The notes under the pieces are model-generated. The model worked only from the letters and a program-made list of their open reading frames with translations. It did no database searches and was not told where the DNA came from. Positions 24,971-37,790 of a stretch of 64,000 nt of DNA are shown piece by piece. Numbering within the stretch: position 1 is the first letter of the stretch; the number at the start of each line of letters is the position of its first letter. This DNA comes from Octopus sinensis (lineage: Eukaryota). The stretch lies in assembly GCF_006345805.1 (NCBI RefSeq), contig NC_042999.1:34100001-34164000 (forward strand), given 5' to 3'. A program made the translations under genes and the position numbers.

Positions 24971-26548
24971 ATGCGTGGAACATCACGATCATCCCCGACC
25001 TCAAACACCATGTACAAAGGAACTACGAAGAAATTAAATGCAACTGATACTATTCAACCCAAGAATAACAATCGAGCGGTACGTACATTAAACCTACAAC
25101 AAAAAATGTACGAAAAAATAAACGTGCGAAATAATGTGACAACAGAAATAAACGGTACCCTACGAAAATGACGACCGTCAAAATAATGGGCCGGACGTTG
25201 TACCTCATGTCCCGCAAATAAAACCCAAAAGACGTAAATGGACACGTGAGGAATACATTTCTATCTTACACGCATACTACACAGCAGTACTCTACCCCAA
25301 AAATGAAAATACAACAACACATACATATAAAATATGGAAGGAAAATAATAGAGATATAGACTTGGATACAGCAATGAACCCTAATAAATTAGCTAACGTA
25401 CGAAGATACATTCTCAACACAAAAAAAATATCAGAAATAGAAATAGAACACCTAAAAGAAAACATACACCAGGAAAATGTAGATAGAAGCCACACAACAA
25501 TGCCCAATAATATAAACACTGAAACTGTAAAACACGAAGACAACAAACGCAACATTCCCAACAAACACGATGTAAACAACGAAGGGGAGCCTAATGATTA
25601 TGATAATATAAAAAATAAAATAATCTTAGAACTGAAAACCACAGAGCCCAAAATGGACCACCGACCATACCTCCCAAGAATAAAAATAAACGAAATAACA
25701 ACACCAATTATAAACAGCATAAACCTAGCCGTCACCGAACTAGCCACTGAAACAAAAAAAAGTGATATCACTGAACTAAATGACTTGATATACGCAGCAG
25801 CCACTGCAGCCACAAAAGAAGCTGGATACTCACCCAAACCCGCCCAAACAGGAGTACCACCACCCAAACAAACCCTGTGGATAAATAACATCCAAAACAA
25901 AATAAAAAAAATTAGAAAAGACCTGTCGATTCTTAATGAAATGAGCAAAGAAGCAACGCTACTGAGCAACAAAAAGAGAACAAAAATGCTCCGCAAATAT
26001 AACATCACAGAAATAGATTTGCCGGAGATAAAAGAAAAGCTGAAGCAAGATATCCTTGCCAAAGCTCAAAGGATCCGCCGGTACGAGAAACGCCAACGCT
26101 TCTTTGAACAGAACAAAAAGTTCAACACCAACCCCAAAAAGTTCTACCAACATCTGGGAAAAAATAAAATAGAAGTCACTGCAGCACCAACGGCAGAAGA
26201 GTTGGAAGAATTCTGGAGAGAAATATGGTCGGCGAACGAATAGCCAAAAAAAAGGAGTATCAAAATAACAAACTCGGCATCTGAACAACTTTGGACCCCC
26301 ATAACAACTGAAGAGGTCACTGCAAAAACTAAGCAACTGGAAGGCACCTGGGCATGACAAGATCCCCAACTTCTGGTTGAAATATCTAACAGGAATGCAC
26401 AAAAAGCTGGCTGAAAACTTTAACAGCATACTAGCAGAGCCAGAGACAATGCCTGAATGGCTCACGAAGGGGAAAAACCATCTTAATTCCCAAATCAAAT
26501 GAAACAGCAAAACCAGAAAACTACAGACCAATAACCTGCCTCCCTACT
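24971..26548 (+). pseudogene. N-terminal part of the Dong/R4 ORF, frameshifted
   Basis: ORF 24971-25171, an open frame 25152-26243 (...KLKQDILAKAQRIRRYEKRQRFFEQNKKF...ELEEFWREIW), then broken frames giving DKIPNFWLKYLTGMHKKL and PEWLTKGKT/LIPKSNETAKPENYRPITCLPT. Confidence 0.88.
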
Positions 26549-28603
26549 ATGTTCAAGGCATTTACTGCAGTGATATCGCAAAGACTGAACAAGCACCTGG
26601 ACGAAAACAAACTGTTCCCAGAAGAGCAGAAAGGATGCCGCAAAGGCTCATATGGCTGTAAAGATCAACTAATGATTAATAAAGCCGTAACTGAAGACAG
26701 CCACAGAAAGAAGAAAGGCCTCAGTATGGCCTGGATTGACTACAAAAAGGCGTTTGATAGCATACCCCACACATGGATCCTTGAAACACTAGCCATTAAC
26801 AAAGTAGCACCAACAATCATAAAATTCATAGAGCACTCTATGAATAAATGGCAAACAGTCCTACATCTCCAAACAAAAGAGGGACTCATGAAAACCAAAG
26901 ACATCCCCATCAGAAGAGGAATATTCCAGGGAGACACGCTCTCTCCACTCCTTTTCTGCTTGGCACTGTCACCTCTATATGATATGCTAAATAGAACTGG
27001 ATGCGGATATAAATGTTACGGCAAAACGATCAGCCACCTTTTATATATGGATGACCTAAAACTATACGCTGCAAATGACAAACAGCTGGAAACACTATTA
27101 AAGACAGTTCATGGATTTACCAAAGAAATAGATATGAAATTTGGATTAGAAAAATGCGCCAAAGTAACCATGAAAAGAGGAAAACTAGTTAAAAGTAACA
27201 ACATCACACTAGATAAAACCAATGAAATAAAAGAATTAGACCAAAGCCAAACTTACAAATACTTAGGAATCCATGAACTAGATAAGACACAACACACACA
27301 AATGAAAGAGAAAATTAAAAAAGAATATTATAGACGAGTTAGATCAATACTAAAAACAGAGCTCAATGCTAAAAACAAGATAATAGGTATCAACACTTTA
27401 GCTGTCCCAGTTATAAGTTACAGCTACAATATCCTTAACTGGACACGAAATGAACTGTCCAAAATAGATAGGAAAACAAGAAAAATACTGACAGGATCTA
27501 GGATGCATCACCCAAAATCTGACATAGAAAGACTATATATACAACGTATAGAAGGTGGTAGAGGCCTTATACAGCTGGAAAACTACTATAAAATAACCAC
27601 CATAGGACTGCAAAAATACCTACTTCAGAGGGAAGGAAAACTGATCCAGATAGCAGCAAAACACGAGCAAAACAAAAAACTGTTCTCAGTATTTAAGGAA
27701 GCTGACAAATACAAACAAGAAATCATACCACCTAATAAACACGAAGAAGAAGAAGATGATGAAGAAACAACAAAAGCTATAAAACAAATGAAATCCAAAC
27801 TAAAAATAGAACAGCAACGAACCATGATAAAACGATGGCAAGAAAAGCCCCTTCATGGTAAATACTGCACTAAACTAAACGCAAAAGAAATAGACAAAGA
27901 AAGATCCCAGCAATGGTTGAGAAGCTCAGGACTCAAAGCAGAAACAGAGGGATTTTTAATTGCAGCACAAGACCAAAGCCTCTCCACCAGAAATTACCAA
28001 AAACATGTAATGAAAAGAAATATTACAAGTAACTGCAGAATATGTGGAGATGGACAAGAAACAATAAATCATATTATCTCTAGCTGCCCAGTCCTGGCTA
28101 AGAAGGAATATATTCACAGACATGACAGAGTTGGAACCTACATACACTGGAAGCTATGCCAACATTATGGAATAACAACAGAAAAAAGATGGTATAGGCA
28201 CACACCAGAAAAGGTCACAGAAAACGAGAAAGCAAGCATACTCTGGGATATGCCGATACACACAGATAGAGAAATTAAGGCCAACAGACCAGATATAGTT
28301 GTCAAAGATCATGAAGAAAAAAAATGCTTTCTAATTGATGTATCAATACCGGCAGATGACAACGTTTATCTAAAAGAAATGGAGAAACTCTCAAAATACA
28401 AAGACCTGGAAATAGAGGTAACTAGAATGTGGAATCTGAAAACAGAAACAATTCCTATCATAGTAGGTGCATTAGGCATGATAAAAAAATATTCAGACAA
28501 ATACATAACAAAAACACCAGGACTTACAAACACATATATCATACAGAAAATTGTACTACTAGGCACTGCACACATCCTACGCAGAGTACTTTCCATACAA
28601 TAA
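26549..28603 (+). CDS. Dong/R4 RT, CCHC zinc knuckle and restriction-like endonuclease (uninterrupted 684-aa C-terminal part)
   Basis: EEQKGCR, WIDYKKAFDSIPH, RRGIFQGDTLSPLLF, LLYMDDLKLY (YMDD at 27044-27055), YKYLGI, EGGRGL, CRICGDGQETINHIISSC (28034), RPDIVV (28286), IDVSIP, EKLSKYKDL. Confidence 0.95.
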   Translation: MFKAFTAVISQRLNKHLDENKLFPEEQKGCRKGSYGCKDQLMINKAVTEDSHRKKKGLSMAWIDYKKAFDSIPHTWILETLAINKVAPTIIKFIEHSMNKWQTVLHLQTKEGLMKTKDIPIRRGIFQGDTLSPLLFCLALSPLYDMLNRTGCGYKCYGKTISHLLYMDDLKLYAANDKQLETLLKTVHGFTKEIDMKFGLEKCAKVTMKRGKLVKSNNITLDKTNEIKELDQSQTYKYLGIHELDKTQHTQMKEKIKKEYYRRVRSILKTELNAKNKIIGINTLAVPVISYSYNILNWTRNELSKIDRKTRKILTGSRMHHPKSDIERLYIQRIEGGRGLIQLENYYKITTIGLQKYLLQREGKLIQIAAKHEQNKKLFSVFKEADKYKQEIIPPNKHEEEEDDEETTKAIKQMKSKLKIEQQRTMIKRWQEKPLHGKYCTKLNAKEIDKERSQQWLRSSGLKAETEGFLIAAQDQSLSTRNYQKHVMKRNITSNCRICGDGQETINHIISSCPVLAKKEYIHRHDRVGTYIHWKLCQHYGITTEKRWYRHTPEKVTENEKASILWDMPIHTDREIKANRPDIVVKDHEEKKCFLIDVSIPADDNVYLKEMEKLSKYKDLEIEVTRMWNLKTETIPIIVGALGMIKKYSDKYITKTPGLTNTYIIQKIVLLGTAHILRRVLSIQ

Positions 28604-28702
28604 CCATCAGAGCATCACAACAAATCACAGCACATACCCAAGGCACACAGAGCTGCGCTCGGTAGTGAAGTGAAGCACGCTATAAAAATAAAAATAAAAC
28701 TA

Positions 28703-28760
<58 letters not shown>

Positions 28761-28762
<2 letters not shown>

Positions 28763-29150
28763 CAAAAACTGAGCAAATATAAAGATCTTGAACTAGAAAA
28801 CAGCAAAATGTGGAACCTGAAGACTAAAACAATACCTGTTGTCTTAGGTGCCCTGGGAATGATAGCAAAAGAGGCTGATTGCTACCTAACTCAGATACCA
28901 GGAAACACCAAAATGGCAGAAATTCATAAGATAGCGCTCATGGTAAATGCTCAAATCCTACGCAAAATACTTTCTATGTAATCTCAAGGTTTAAAACAGA
29001 CATAATTTTTTTTAGACATCCACTAGTACAACACCAAAGAAAAACAACCAAATATATGGCACACAAGGCATCACAACAACGTTAACTTTCAACCTGTTGT
29101 CTCTTGAGACTTGGAGCCAACTTGTACAAATATAAAGCAAAAGTCAAACA
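28761..29150 (+). mobile_element. Second 5'-truncated Dong subfamily B copy, between two (TAA)n arrays
   Basis: Closely similar to 15770-16168 (QKLSKYKDLELENSKMWNLK...ILRKILSM and the same 3' UTR ending AAAGTCAAACA). Confidence 0.92.
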
Positions 29151-29152
29151 TA

Positions 29153-29640
<488 letters not shown>

Positions 29641-29817
29641 ACCACTTGTAAGGTCATGTGCTGTTTTATTTTCATATGATATCACCATGTCATGCATATA
29701 TGGTTGGGATGCACGCGCCTGGTGTAACCTTATCAGAAGGGTAGTCATGATGTGTATACTGGGCTTCGTATATTTAACCCTAATGTCACTTTGATGGCAT
29801 GCACTGATCTCTCACTC

Positions 29818-29916
<99 letters not shown>

Positions 29917-29974
29917 CCTTTCTATTTAAGGCTCAAAGCCTTGAGATTTTGTGGTAGGGGAGTAATCAATTACA

Positions 29975-30110
29975 TCGACACTACTATGTAACTGATACTT
30001 AATTTATTTACCCAAAAGTATAAAAGACAAAGTGAACTTCGGTGGAATTTGAACACAGAACGTAATGATGGATGAATTTGCCGCCAAGAATTTCGTCAAG
30101 CATGCTAAGA
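29975..30110 (-). mobile_element. SINE family A fragment
   Basis: GACAAAGTGAACTTCGGTGGAATTTGAACACAGAACGTA matches the family A core at 41286-41325. Confidence 0.65.
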
Positions 30111-30319
30111 AGACGAAGAAGAAGAAGAAGAAGAAGAAGAAGAAGAAGAAGAAGAAGAAGAGACGTTCGGTATGTTTGTGGGTGTGAAGTGACGGAAATC
30201 TGCCGATGGCTTTGACGGGGAATGATAATTATAGGATTAATATGGGATTTCTACATAGAGAATGACTATAGTATTGAAGCCACAGCAGCATTAGCAGCAG
30301 CAGCAGAAGTAGCAGCAGC

Positions 30320-30354
<35 letters not shown>

Positions 30355-30405
30355 CGGTAGTAGTAGTATTAGTAGTAGTAGTAGTAGTAGTAGTAGTAGC
30401 AGCAT
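30110..30405 (+). repeat. (GAA)n and (GCA)/(GTA)n triplet arrays
   Basis: Read directly from the sequence. Confidence 0.9.
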
Positions 30406-30576
30406 AGCTATTTGGTGGTGATAATGGTGGCGATGGCGGCTTTGTATCCGGCGTACATGGAATAATTTTTGCGTAGTCCTACACAAAGGACGCTGACGGG
30501 TATATCTGAGTGCAAATTATTTAAGCAGTGATGTAATGATTATTTCATTACTCTCTATATATATATATTATATATA

Positions 30577-30665
<89 letters not shown>

Positions 30666-31497
30666 TATCTTCATTATCAAAAATTTTCTATATTAATTAT
30701 ATTTTGTTTTATTACAACTGAAGACAAATGCATTCAAATCATTCATAGAAATAGTTAAATTGTTAAAAGAGACGGGAAAAGAGATAGCTTGATACCAGAC
30801 ACAACAAGTGTTCGGTGATCGAATGCTAGAGTCGCTCTGCCAATCCTTGCACCTTGCATTTTTTTACCGCCACAAAATGAGAAATTGTTCTGCCGTCTGT
30901 CCGCGCAATCAGCAATCAGAAGCACTTTCGTCCGCCAACTACCACTACAAAGCAAGAACGAGGAGTGTAGTGGAAGCCAGAGCGGAATGGAAATGTGTCA
31001 GAAAAAGGAGAGAAAAATCCAGCAGAAGAATCATACGAACCCCGCTCTAAGGCAAGTGTAGCACAGGATATTACTATGACGACGACGACGACTGCCTACT
31101 TTGTATAGTCGTTCGAAAAATTAACCAGATCTTCATAAAGCTGGTAACGAAGTACTAATTATATGAAATCAAACAGATTCAGGATACAGGAACAACTTAA
31201 GCGAGAGAGATTAGATTAATTATTATTGCAGGCTGAAGTGAAGGCATTCCGAGTGCGTCGAATGTTTTTGTCTTTTATTGTCTAAATATTTTTGACAAAT
31301 ACACCAAGTTTCATTATAATCATTGGCGAGTAGGCAGATATGCAATTTATTCTAATCTGCCTAACTAACCGTTTGTCACTCGTTTGTGTATATCTCCAAA
31401 AAACATTTCCCATGCATCTTAAAAGTATACTGTTATATTTATAATGCGGTTCATTATATTTTATCTATTATATGATAATATTTAACACTCATGTACA

Positions 31498-31680
31498 GCG
31501 GCGAGCTAGCAGAATTGCTAATACGCCGCGTAAAATACTTAGCGGCATTTCGCCTGTCTGCAATTTCTCAGTTCAAAATTTGTTGGCGAGGTTGACTCTG
31601 CCTTTCGGTGTCGATAAAATAAGTACCAGTTGAGAACTGGAGTCGATGCAATCGACTCACAAAAATTGCTGGACTTTTGT
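31498..31680 (+). mobile_element. SINE family A, diverged
   Basis: GCGGCGAGCTAGCAGAATT...GCGGCATTTCG...AAGTACCAGTTGAGAACTGG. Confidence 0.7.
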
Positions 31681-32348
31681 CGAAGTCAACAAGAGCTAAT
31701 ATTACTTTCCTTTTGTTCGTCGCCGAATCTGAACGATGTTCGGGCGTTCTGTGTTTTGTGACTTGCTTTGCTTTTTAGATTATTGCCTTTATCGATTCTC
31801 TTATTCTATGTGGCTATGACGTTCTCTGAGACTATGGAGGGCTGGAAGATCAAACTGTTTTTTTTTTAATTACTCTATAGAGCAAAAAGTTAGAGAAAAG
31901 AAAATCTTTTCACTTTGAAGAAAAAGCTTTTCAAAATTGTTTCACACATTTCTATCCTGGCCGGTCAGGAAGGGAGGAAAATGAGAGATGACTTATAATT
32001 TGAAACTGCTTTTCCCACCTCCCTTATAAAGATATATTCGTAAGAACTTCTTTTTTTAAGCGCTGAGGTCTTATGGTATTTCATTATAGTATTTAAGATC
32101 GCCATTTCCTGTTATCCCCAACGCTGTTGATGTTTTCAGATGCCACATTGTTTACCCGTGTATTTCAATGTAATTGTATTTACTTAAGTGTTCAAACGTT
32201 TGTTGTAGTGTGCTGGGATTCATAGACCTATCACAAACATGATTGTTCAGTACTATAGCTGTTGTATTTGCGTGAATAGCTTGATCAGTTCAAATACTAA
32301 ATTCCCAAACAACGATGATGTCTTTATTTCATTAACTAGGCCTCACTT

Positions 32349-32565
32349 AAGGTGGTGTGCTGGCAGAATCGTTAGGGCACCGGACTAAATGCTTAGTAGC
32401 ATTTCGACCGTATTTAAGATCTGAGTTCAAATTCCGCCGGTTGACATTGCCTTTTGTCTTGACGGGTTCGATTAAATAAATAAGATTATAGTACTGCGGT
32501 TGATGTAATCGACTTGTCTAACTCCCACAAAACTCCAGGCCTTACGTCTATCGTGGTAAGAATTA
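32349..32565 (+). mobile_element. SINE family A, diverged
   Basis: GCTGGCAGAATCGTTAGG...GAGTTCAAATTCCGCCG...GATGTAATCGACT. Confidence 0.7.
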
Positions 32566-32639
32566 TTATACTTAGTTGAGGTTAACATCATACAAGATTT
32601 GAGATGTTCAATTGTCTCGGTCGTTGAGCTACAAGATTA

Positions 32640-32854
32640 CCGGTAAGTTCACCGCTATCAATTCGTCGCAGAAGAGTTCACCACCACTAATTTACCGTGA
32701 AGAAATTTCACCATGAAGGAAATTCACCGCCAGGAATGTTCACGGTGAGGAAAGTTTGCCGAGAAAATATAGCCATAATATCTCACCGTTAATAGTTAAA
32801 AAAACTATTTTATTGCAGAAAATACCGGTGAACTGATGACGGTGAACTTATCGG
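32640..32854. mobile_element. MITE-like element with 15-bp TIRs and ~15-bp periodic TTCACC subterminal repeats
   Basis: CCGGTAAGTTCACCG (32640) versus CGGTGAACTTATCGG (32840-32854); TTCACC-like hexamers recur on the left and GGTGAA on the right. Confidence 0.7.
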
Positions 32855-32889
32855 ATATAGAGTTACAAATATAGGAGAAAAGATCACTA

Positions 32890-34420
32890 CCATTTTTAAG
32901 GACGTTGCTCTGGTTATTTCGAATGGGCAGATCTGGTCCAGATGTAGGTTGATCATATTGTCACCAATATCAGAATCGTTACATCTTGTAGGGTGTTTAG
33001 CATGTAATTCCTTCTTTTTCCATCTATTATGTAGCTCTGAGTTTCCATTTGGCCTGTGCTTGTATTTGCTTTGAATTTATAGCGCTTTCGCCTGTTTTAT
33101 CTATTGCACCTTAGTATCGGTGATACGTAGTTCCTTTATATAAATCTTTGCTTCCGATATTGAGCGGAATTATTTTGGTAATTTCATGCTTGCAAACAAA
33201 GTTCGATCATTCTGTAATTAATGACTTTATTCAGGGGTCCAAACTTATGGTCCCTGAATTCAGTCAAACTTATGGTCCCTGAATTCAGTCCATATTACTT
33301 TTATCCTCCATCCTTTCCTCTACGTCTTCGATTGGGCCAGACATATGAGGAGCTTGTGTATTTTTTTGCGTCAGTTTTATCACATTGATAAACATTTTTA
33401 TGTTATCGTTGAATGTTACAAAAGTCATAACACGCGTATTGGTGGCATAAATCCTGCTTCTTACATTAAACTTATTTCTTCGCTTCTTATACGATTGCTC
33501 TAACCCAACGGTAGAATTCTATTAGTCACAACTCGTGCATCTGTAGACGCTAGAGGCAATTTGGCTGAATATCTGTACGTTTTTCTTTAATTATGTCAGT
33601 GCAGTTACTAAATTATGTTAGTCTTGCCAACTTGTATACATTACTTCCTCATGAGTTTTCTATTAAATTATGAAGATTTAGCACATTTATCAATGTCAAG
33701 TTCTATCTCAATATCGTCATTAAATTGTTTTAGTATAGTTAAAAACCACGGTTTCGCCAAAAGCTTTACATTTTCCACGTATAGAAGACGATTGTCTGAT
33801 ATGTCGTATATCTGGCACTCACATCTTGTGGTATTTAACAGCTCCCTTGGAGAAAAAAGACAGAATTAATGATAGAGAAACACATTGAAAAATGCTTCAA
33901 TTTATGTCAATATTACCAGGATTCACAATATGTGCCTTTGAATACAGTATCAGAGTTTTCTGCCAGTGTTTTATATTATTTCAGAGAAAAATACGAAAAC
34001 TCGGAAAAGTTTTATAGATTTCCCGATATTTCTCCATCCTTCTTTGGGGAGGACTATGAAATACTTTTTTGGTAATCGATCCGTCCAATAGAAAGAGTAT
34101 GTGTCGTGTATGTCAGTCGACTAAAAAGTATTTTACACTTGCAAAGCTAGTCTTTACATGTGTAATAACCACGTTAGGTTTCGTTCATTGGCGAATATGT
34201 TGTAAACTATCTGAAAGGAATATGTTCATTCAGTAATGATGGATGTTAGTATTTTATACATTGTTAGAATGCACGTTATAGGTCGAGGGCTTTGGGGCTA
34301 TTAATTTCGTCAGGTTTGGAGAGTTAGTATCTTATTCTACTTACCAACCACAAAGGGATTTTTCCTTGACTAGTTCACAACACTGTCAATCCCTAATAGG
34401 ATTTAAGGAATTTTAAAACG
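32890..34420 (-). pseudogene. Ancient, heavily decayed R4/Dong RT fossil
   Basis: Minus-strand motifs collinear with ORF 26549-28603: KIPLWL, RPITCILTMYKILTSIITE, IDYQK, HWQKTLIL, SIFQCVSLS, LLNTTRCEC...RLLYVENVKLLAK, DDIEIELDIDKCAK, RWKKKELHAKHPTRCNDSDI. Confidence 0.8.
33240..33290 (+). repeat. Exact 25-bp tandem duplication
   Basis: CAAACTTATGGTCCCTGAATTCAGT occurs twice in tandem. Confidence 0.95.
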
Positions 34421-34992
34421 GATTTCATTTACGAAAGATATTTATTTCTATTTTTCTGCAACGACTTAGAAGGAAATTAAGAGAAAAAAAGTGGAGCTAA
34501 AATGATCTATTCATCTTTCAAAAACGTCGAATGACATTTTTATTGTGCCATGCGAAAATAAAAACTGCCACAAAATACCGTTAAAATATTTACTTCTAAA
34601 ATGATGAGAACAAAAGTCTATGATGGGGATGCGATATCGAAGATATATGCTAAACCTTTAGTTTATCGACAGAATACTTCGCTCTTTAACGATGATCTCT
34701 ATCTCGCTGAATACAATGCACATAACGATTTTTCATTTCTGTTTCTTTTTTTATGTATATGATTCTCTCATTATTGAATATCTGTTCTTTTAAATACAAA
34801 ACATAAAGACACCAAGCGATCAACAAGTTGAATTTCGATACTCAAGCACGTGCTTGACGTTTGAATTGGCACTTTCTCTTCAATATATAGATATTGCTCT
34901 AGTTTTCAAGTGAAATTTTTATACGTTTACTAATTACATAAGGCCCCTTTACATATATACATACATCCATACACACATACACACACACACAC

Positions 34993-35042
<50 letters not shown>

Positions 35043-35050
35043 GTATATAT

Positions 35051-35096
35051 AAACAGAACGATAATGTATATACATACAAACATCGCAGCAATGTGT

Positions 35097-35127
<31 letters not shown>

Positions 35128-35158
35128 ATATATATATATATATTATATATATATATAT

Positions 35159-35194
<36 letters not shown>

Positions 35195-35279
35195 GTATAT
35201 ATAAACAGAACGATAATGTATATACATACAAACATCGCAGCAATGTGTGTATGTGTGTATATATATGTATATATATATA

Positions 35280-35334
<55 letters not shown>

Positions 35335-35433
35335 CATACATGTCTATGTATACATGTATATACATATATATACACACATATACACACACACATTCACGTG
35401 ATGTTTGTATGTATTTACATTATCGTTCTGTTT
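35051..35433. repeat. 36-bp unit present twice directly (35051, 35203) and once inverted (35398-35433) around (TA)n tracts
   Basis: AAACAGAACGATAATGTATATACATACAAACATCGC. Confidence 0.85.
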
Positions 35434-35639
35434 CAGACTTTTGGTTTGTGCATTCTAAATGCATATATTTTCTAGTATTTTTCCGAGTAGGTTGCTATTT
35501 CGTTTAACATCCAATGGGGAATGTTATAATGGCAATATTTCATTTATGTATGTTATTTATATTTTTTTTTATATTTAAAACTAATGTGTATATAGTCTAA
35601 TGCATTTTTATATATGTATTATATTTCTCTTTAGACATC

Positions 35640-36900
35640 CAATCTCTTCTTTGGTACGTGTGCATCTAACGTATATTGTATAGTTCATTGGTTCCTATCA
35701 AGTTGTTGTAAGTGCCTTGTCTCCGTTTCCTCATCGAGTTTGGTAGCAATATTCCTAACATTACAATGCTGAATTGGAGCAATTTTGTAAACCACATGTC
35801 ATGTAAATATCCTCTAGTAAATAAAAGCACTTTGCTGTGGGCTTTGTAGATATTCTCTGCAATACACTACTTGAGGCCATCCATAGTAAAACTGATACTT
35901 GAATGCCATCCCACCTCACAACATCTCCCTGCTACTCAGTCTACGCCATATTTTACAGTTGGCGGGTATGGTTTTGTTGATGAGGAATATTTCTTTGCAG
36001 CTATATTAATTTTTACATAATGTGTTCTGCTTTACTGTATGTTAATTTTTCACCAGACGCTTCTACCGTTATATTATTGATGTTAAAACAGTATTATTTG
36101 CCGGAAGGCAGTTTATAAGCTACTATTTCTTTAGATGTTGTTTGTCTTAGTTCAATAAGTATCTTAAAAATGTCTATTAGCATCTCATGCTGTTAAGTAT
36201 ATTAGCTACACATTTTAGCTCTTCTCATGCTATCTACAACACCACCGTTTTTCTTTGGCGCCCCAGAACTAATACCTAAGTTGTTATTCCGCTTGTCATG
36301 GTTCTGTAGAGTCTGTGTTGGAATATTTTCCTTTGTGGCGATTCCACCAGTGACCAATAAATCTGTCATAATGTACAAGATGCCTAGCCCAGGATTTTCG
36401 TCGTTGTTTCCACCTTATCATTAATTTTAATCTTAGGCCGTTCATTTGTAAATTCATAGAAAGTCTTGGGTATCTCATTGTTTTATTTTCTCCGGTATAT
36501 TCTCATGTTCATGACTTTTGTGTTTAGAATTTTCTTTTACTCATGTTCCATTTTTATCTATGTTTTTGTGTGATTTCGCTTCAGTTTTTGTTTTGACAAT
36601 ATTCTTTAGATGTTCTTTGATTTGACCTTCGTGGTGTTTCGATAATCTGCTAACTTTTGCAAGTGTTTCATCATAAGTCTATTTCTGATATGATCTTTTA
36701 TGTTCAATATTTCTGTATTCGTTCTGTAGTCTTTCTTTAAAATAATGTTTAGATTTCTGATATTCTTATGATTTTCATAATTTATCATGTTAAGTTGGGC
36801 ACCATCTTGGAATCAAAATTCTGTTTATATCTGGTCTTTTATCGTCAGGAAATGTGATCGACTACATCATCGTAATTTCGTTTTATGCTGCCAAATATGC
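35640..36900 (-). pseudogene. Second ancient R4/Dong-like fossil with internal deletions
   Basis: INCLP...LTSII, CKEIFLINKTIPANCK (cf. CKDQLMINKAV), MDGLK (cf. YMDDLK) and EDIYMTCGLQNCS (cf. EIDMKFGLEKCA), in the expected order. Confidence 0.55.
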
Positions 36901-37654
36901 ATCATAGACATAAACATATTCCACAAGTGACACTTTATAGATTTTCTATTTTATGTGCGTGATTTTCATAACAATATCTTGACCTTTATTTATACAGCCA
37001 TCCTTATCCTCAAGTAACAGTTTATTTGATGCTGGGGAAGTAGTATACACTCGCTATTTATTGCAATATATTTCGTTAAATTCACATCCGGCATTTACAT
37101 CACATTGAGCTATATGATGAGGGTCGTATAAACATTGTTTCTCAATTTTTGGTTTAATATGGTCTGTATTTGCATTGTTTCTTAGTTATTGTATGATTGT
37201 GGTGTTAATGTGAACCGTACTCCAATATTTTTTTTTAATAATATTAGATAACTGAACATTATGAGCATGTGCCTTATTTTCTAATTGCATGCCACATAAT
37301 TATCAATAAATTTTACACGTATTGCTTCCGCAGACTACAGAATTTTTAAAAGTATTTATTGGATTTGTTTCCTTAATTATTAAAAGTCGTTATCGATATT
37401 TTTAAAGCGATCAAGCAGCGTTCTATCGTATTAAATACCATTAGTGTCGCTGTGGTTATTCCGTACAACAACAACAACAACAACAACAACAACAGCAACA
37501 ACCACAGCAACAACATCAACATTAATAATAATAATAATTATAATTAATGATAATCATAATAACAGCAACAACGACAAGAACAATAATAATGAAAGAAATA
37601 ATGATGAAGATAAAAAGAATAAATAAAAAGAATCTTCTGCGATTGGCAATAGGC

Positions 37655-37790
37655 GTAAAACTTTGGGGAGGGGGTAATTCCATCACATCGATCCCAGAGC
37701 TCAACTCATACATTTTTTGTCGACTCCGAAGGATCAAAAGCAGAATTTGAACCCAGAAATTAAAGACGAACGTAATACCGCTAAGCATTT
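37655..37790 (-). mobile_element. SINE family A fragment
   Basis: CATCACATCGATCCCAG...GAATTTGAACCCAGAA...ATACCGCTAAGCATTT. Confidence 0.6.

Larger units (their letters stand above)
24749..28705 (+). mobile_element. Near full-length R4/Dong-type non-LTR retrotransposon (subfamily A) inserted in a (TAA)n array
   Basis: (AAT)n on both sides (to 24748 and from 28706). Single-ORF layout: Myb-like KRRKWTREEYISILHAYY (~25228), RT, CCHC and REL endonuclease. Frameshifts near 25150 and within 26240-26500. Confidence 0.95.

Noticed and set aside
32640-32854. CRISPR-like periodic repeats
   Set aside because: The units are 6-7 bp with ~8-bp gaps, change orientation, and sit in eukaryotic DNA with no cas genes; no CRISPR array was found in the window.
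33615-34075. Plus-strand ORFs with an F-box-like start (LVLPTCIHYFLMSFLLNYEDLAHLS) and a TAATG stop/start overlap, suggesting a compact viral-like gene pair
   Set aside because: The opposite strand encodes collinear Dong RT motifs (LLYVENVKL, DIEIELDIDKCAK), so these ORFs are antisense shadows of a LINE fossil.
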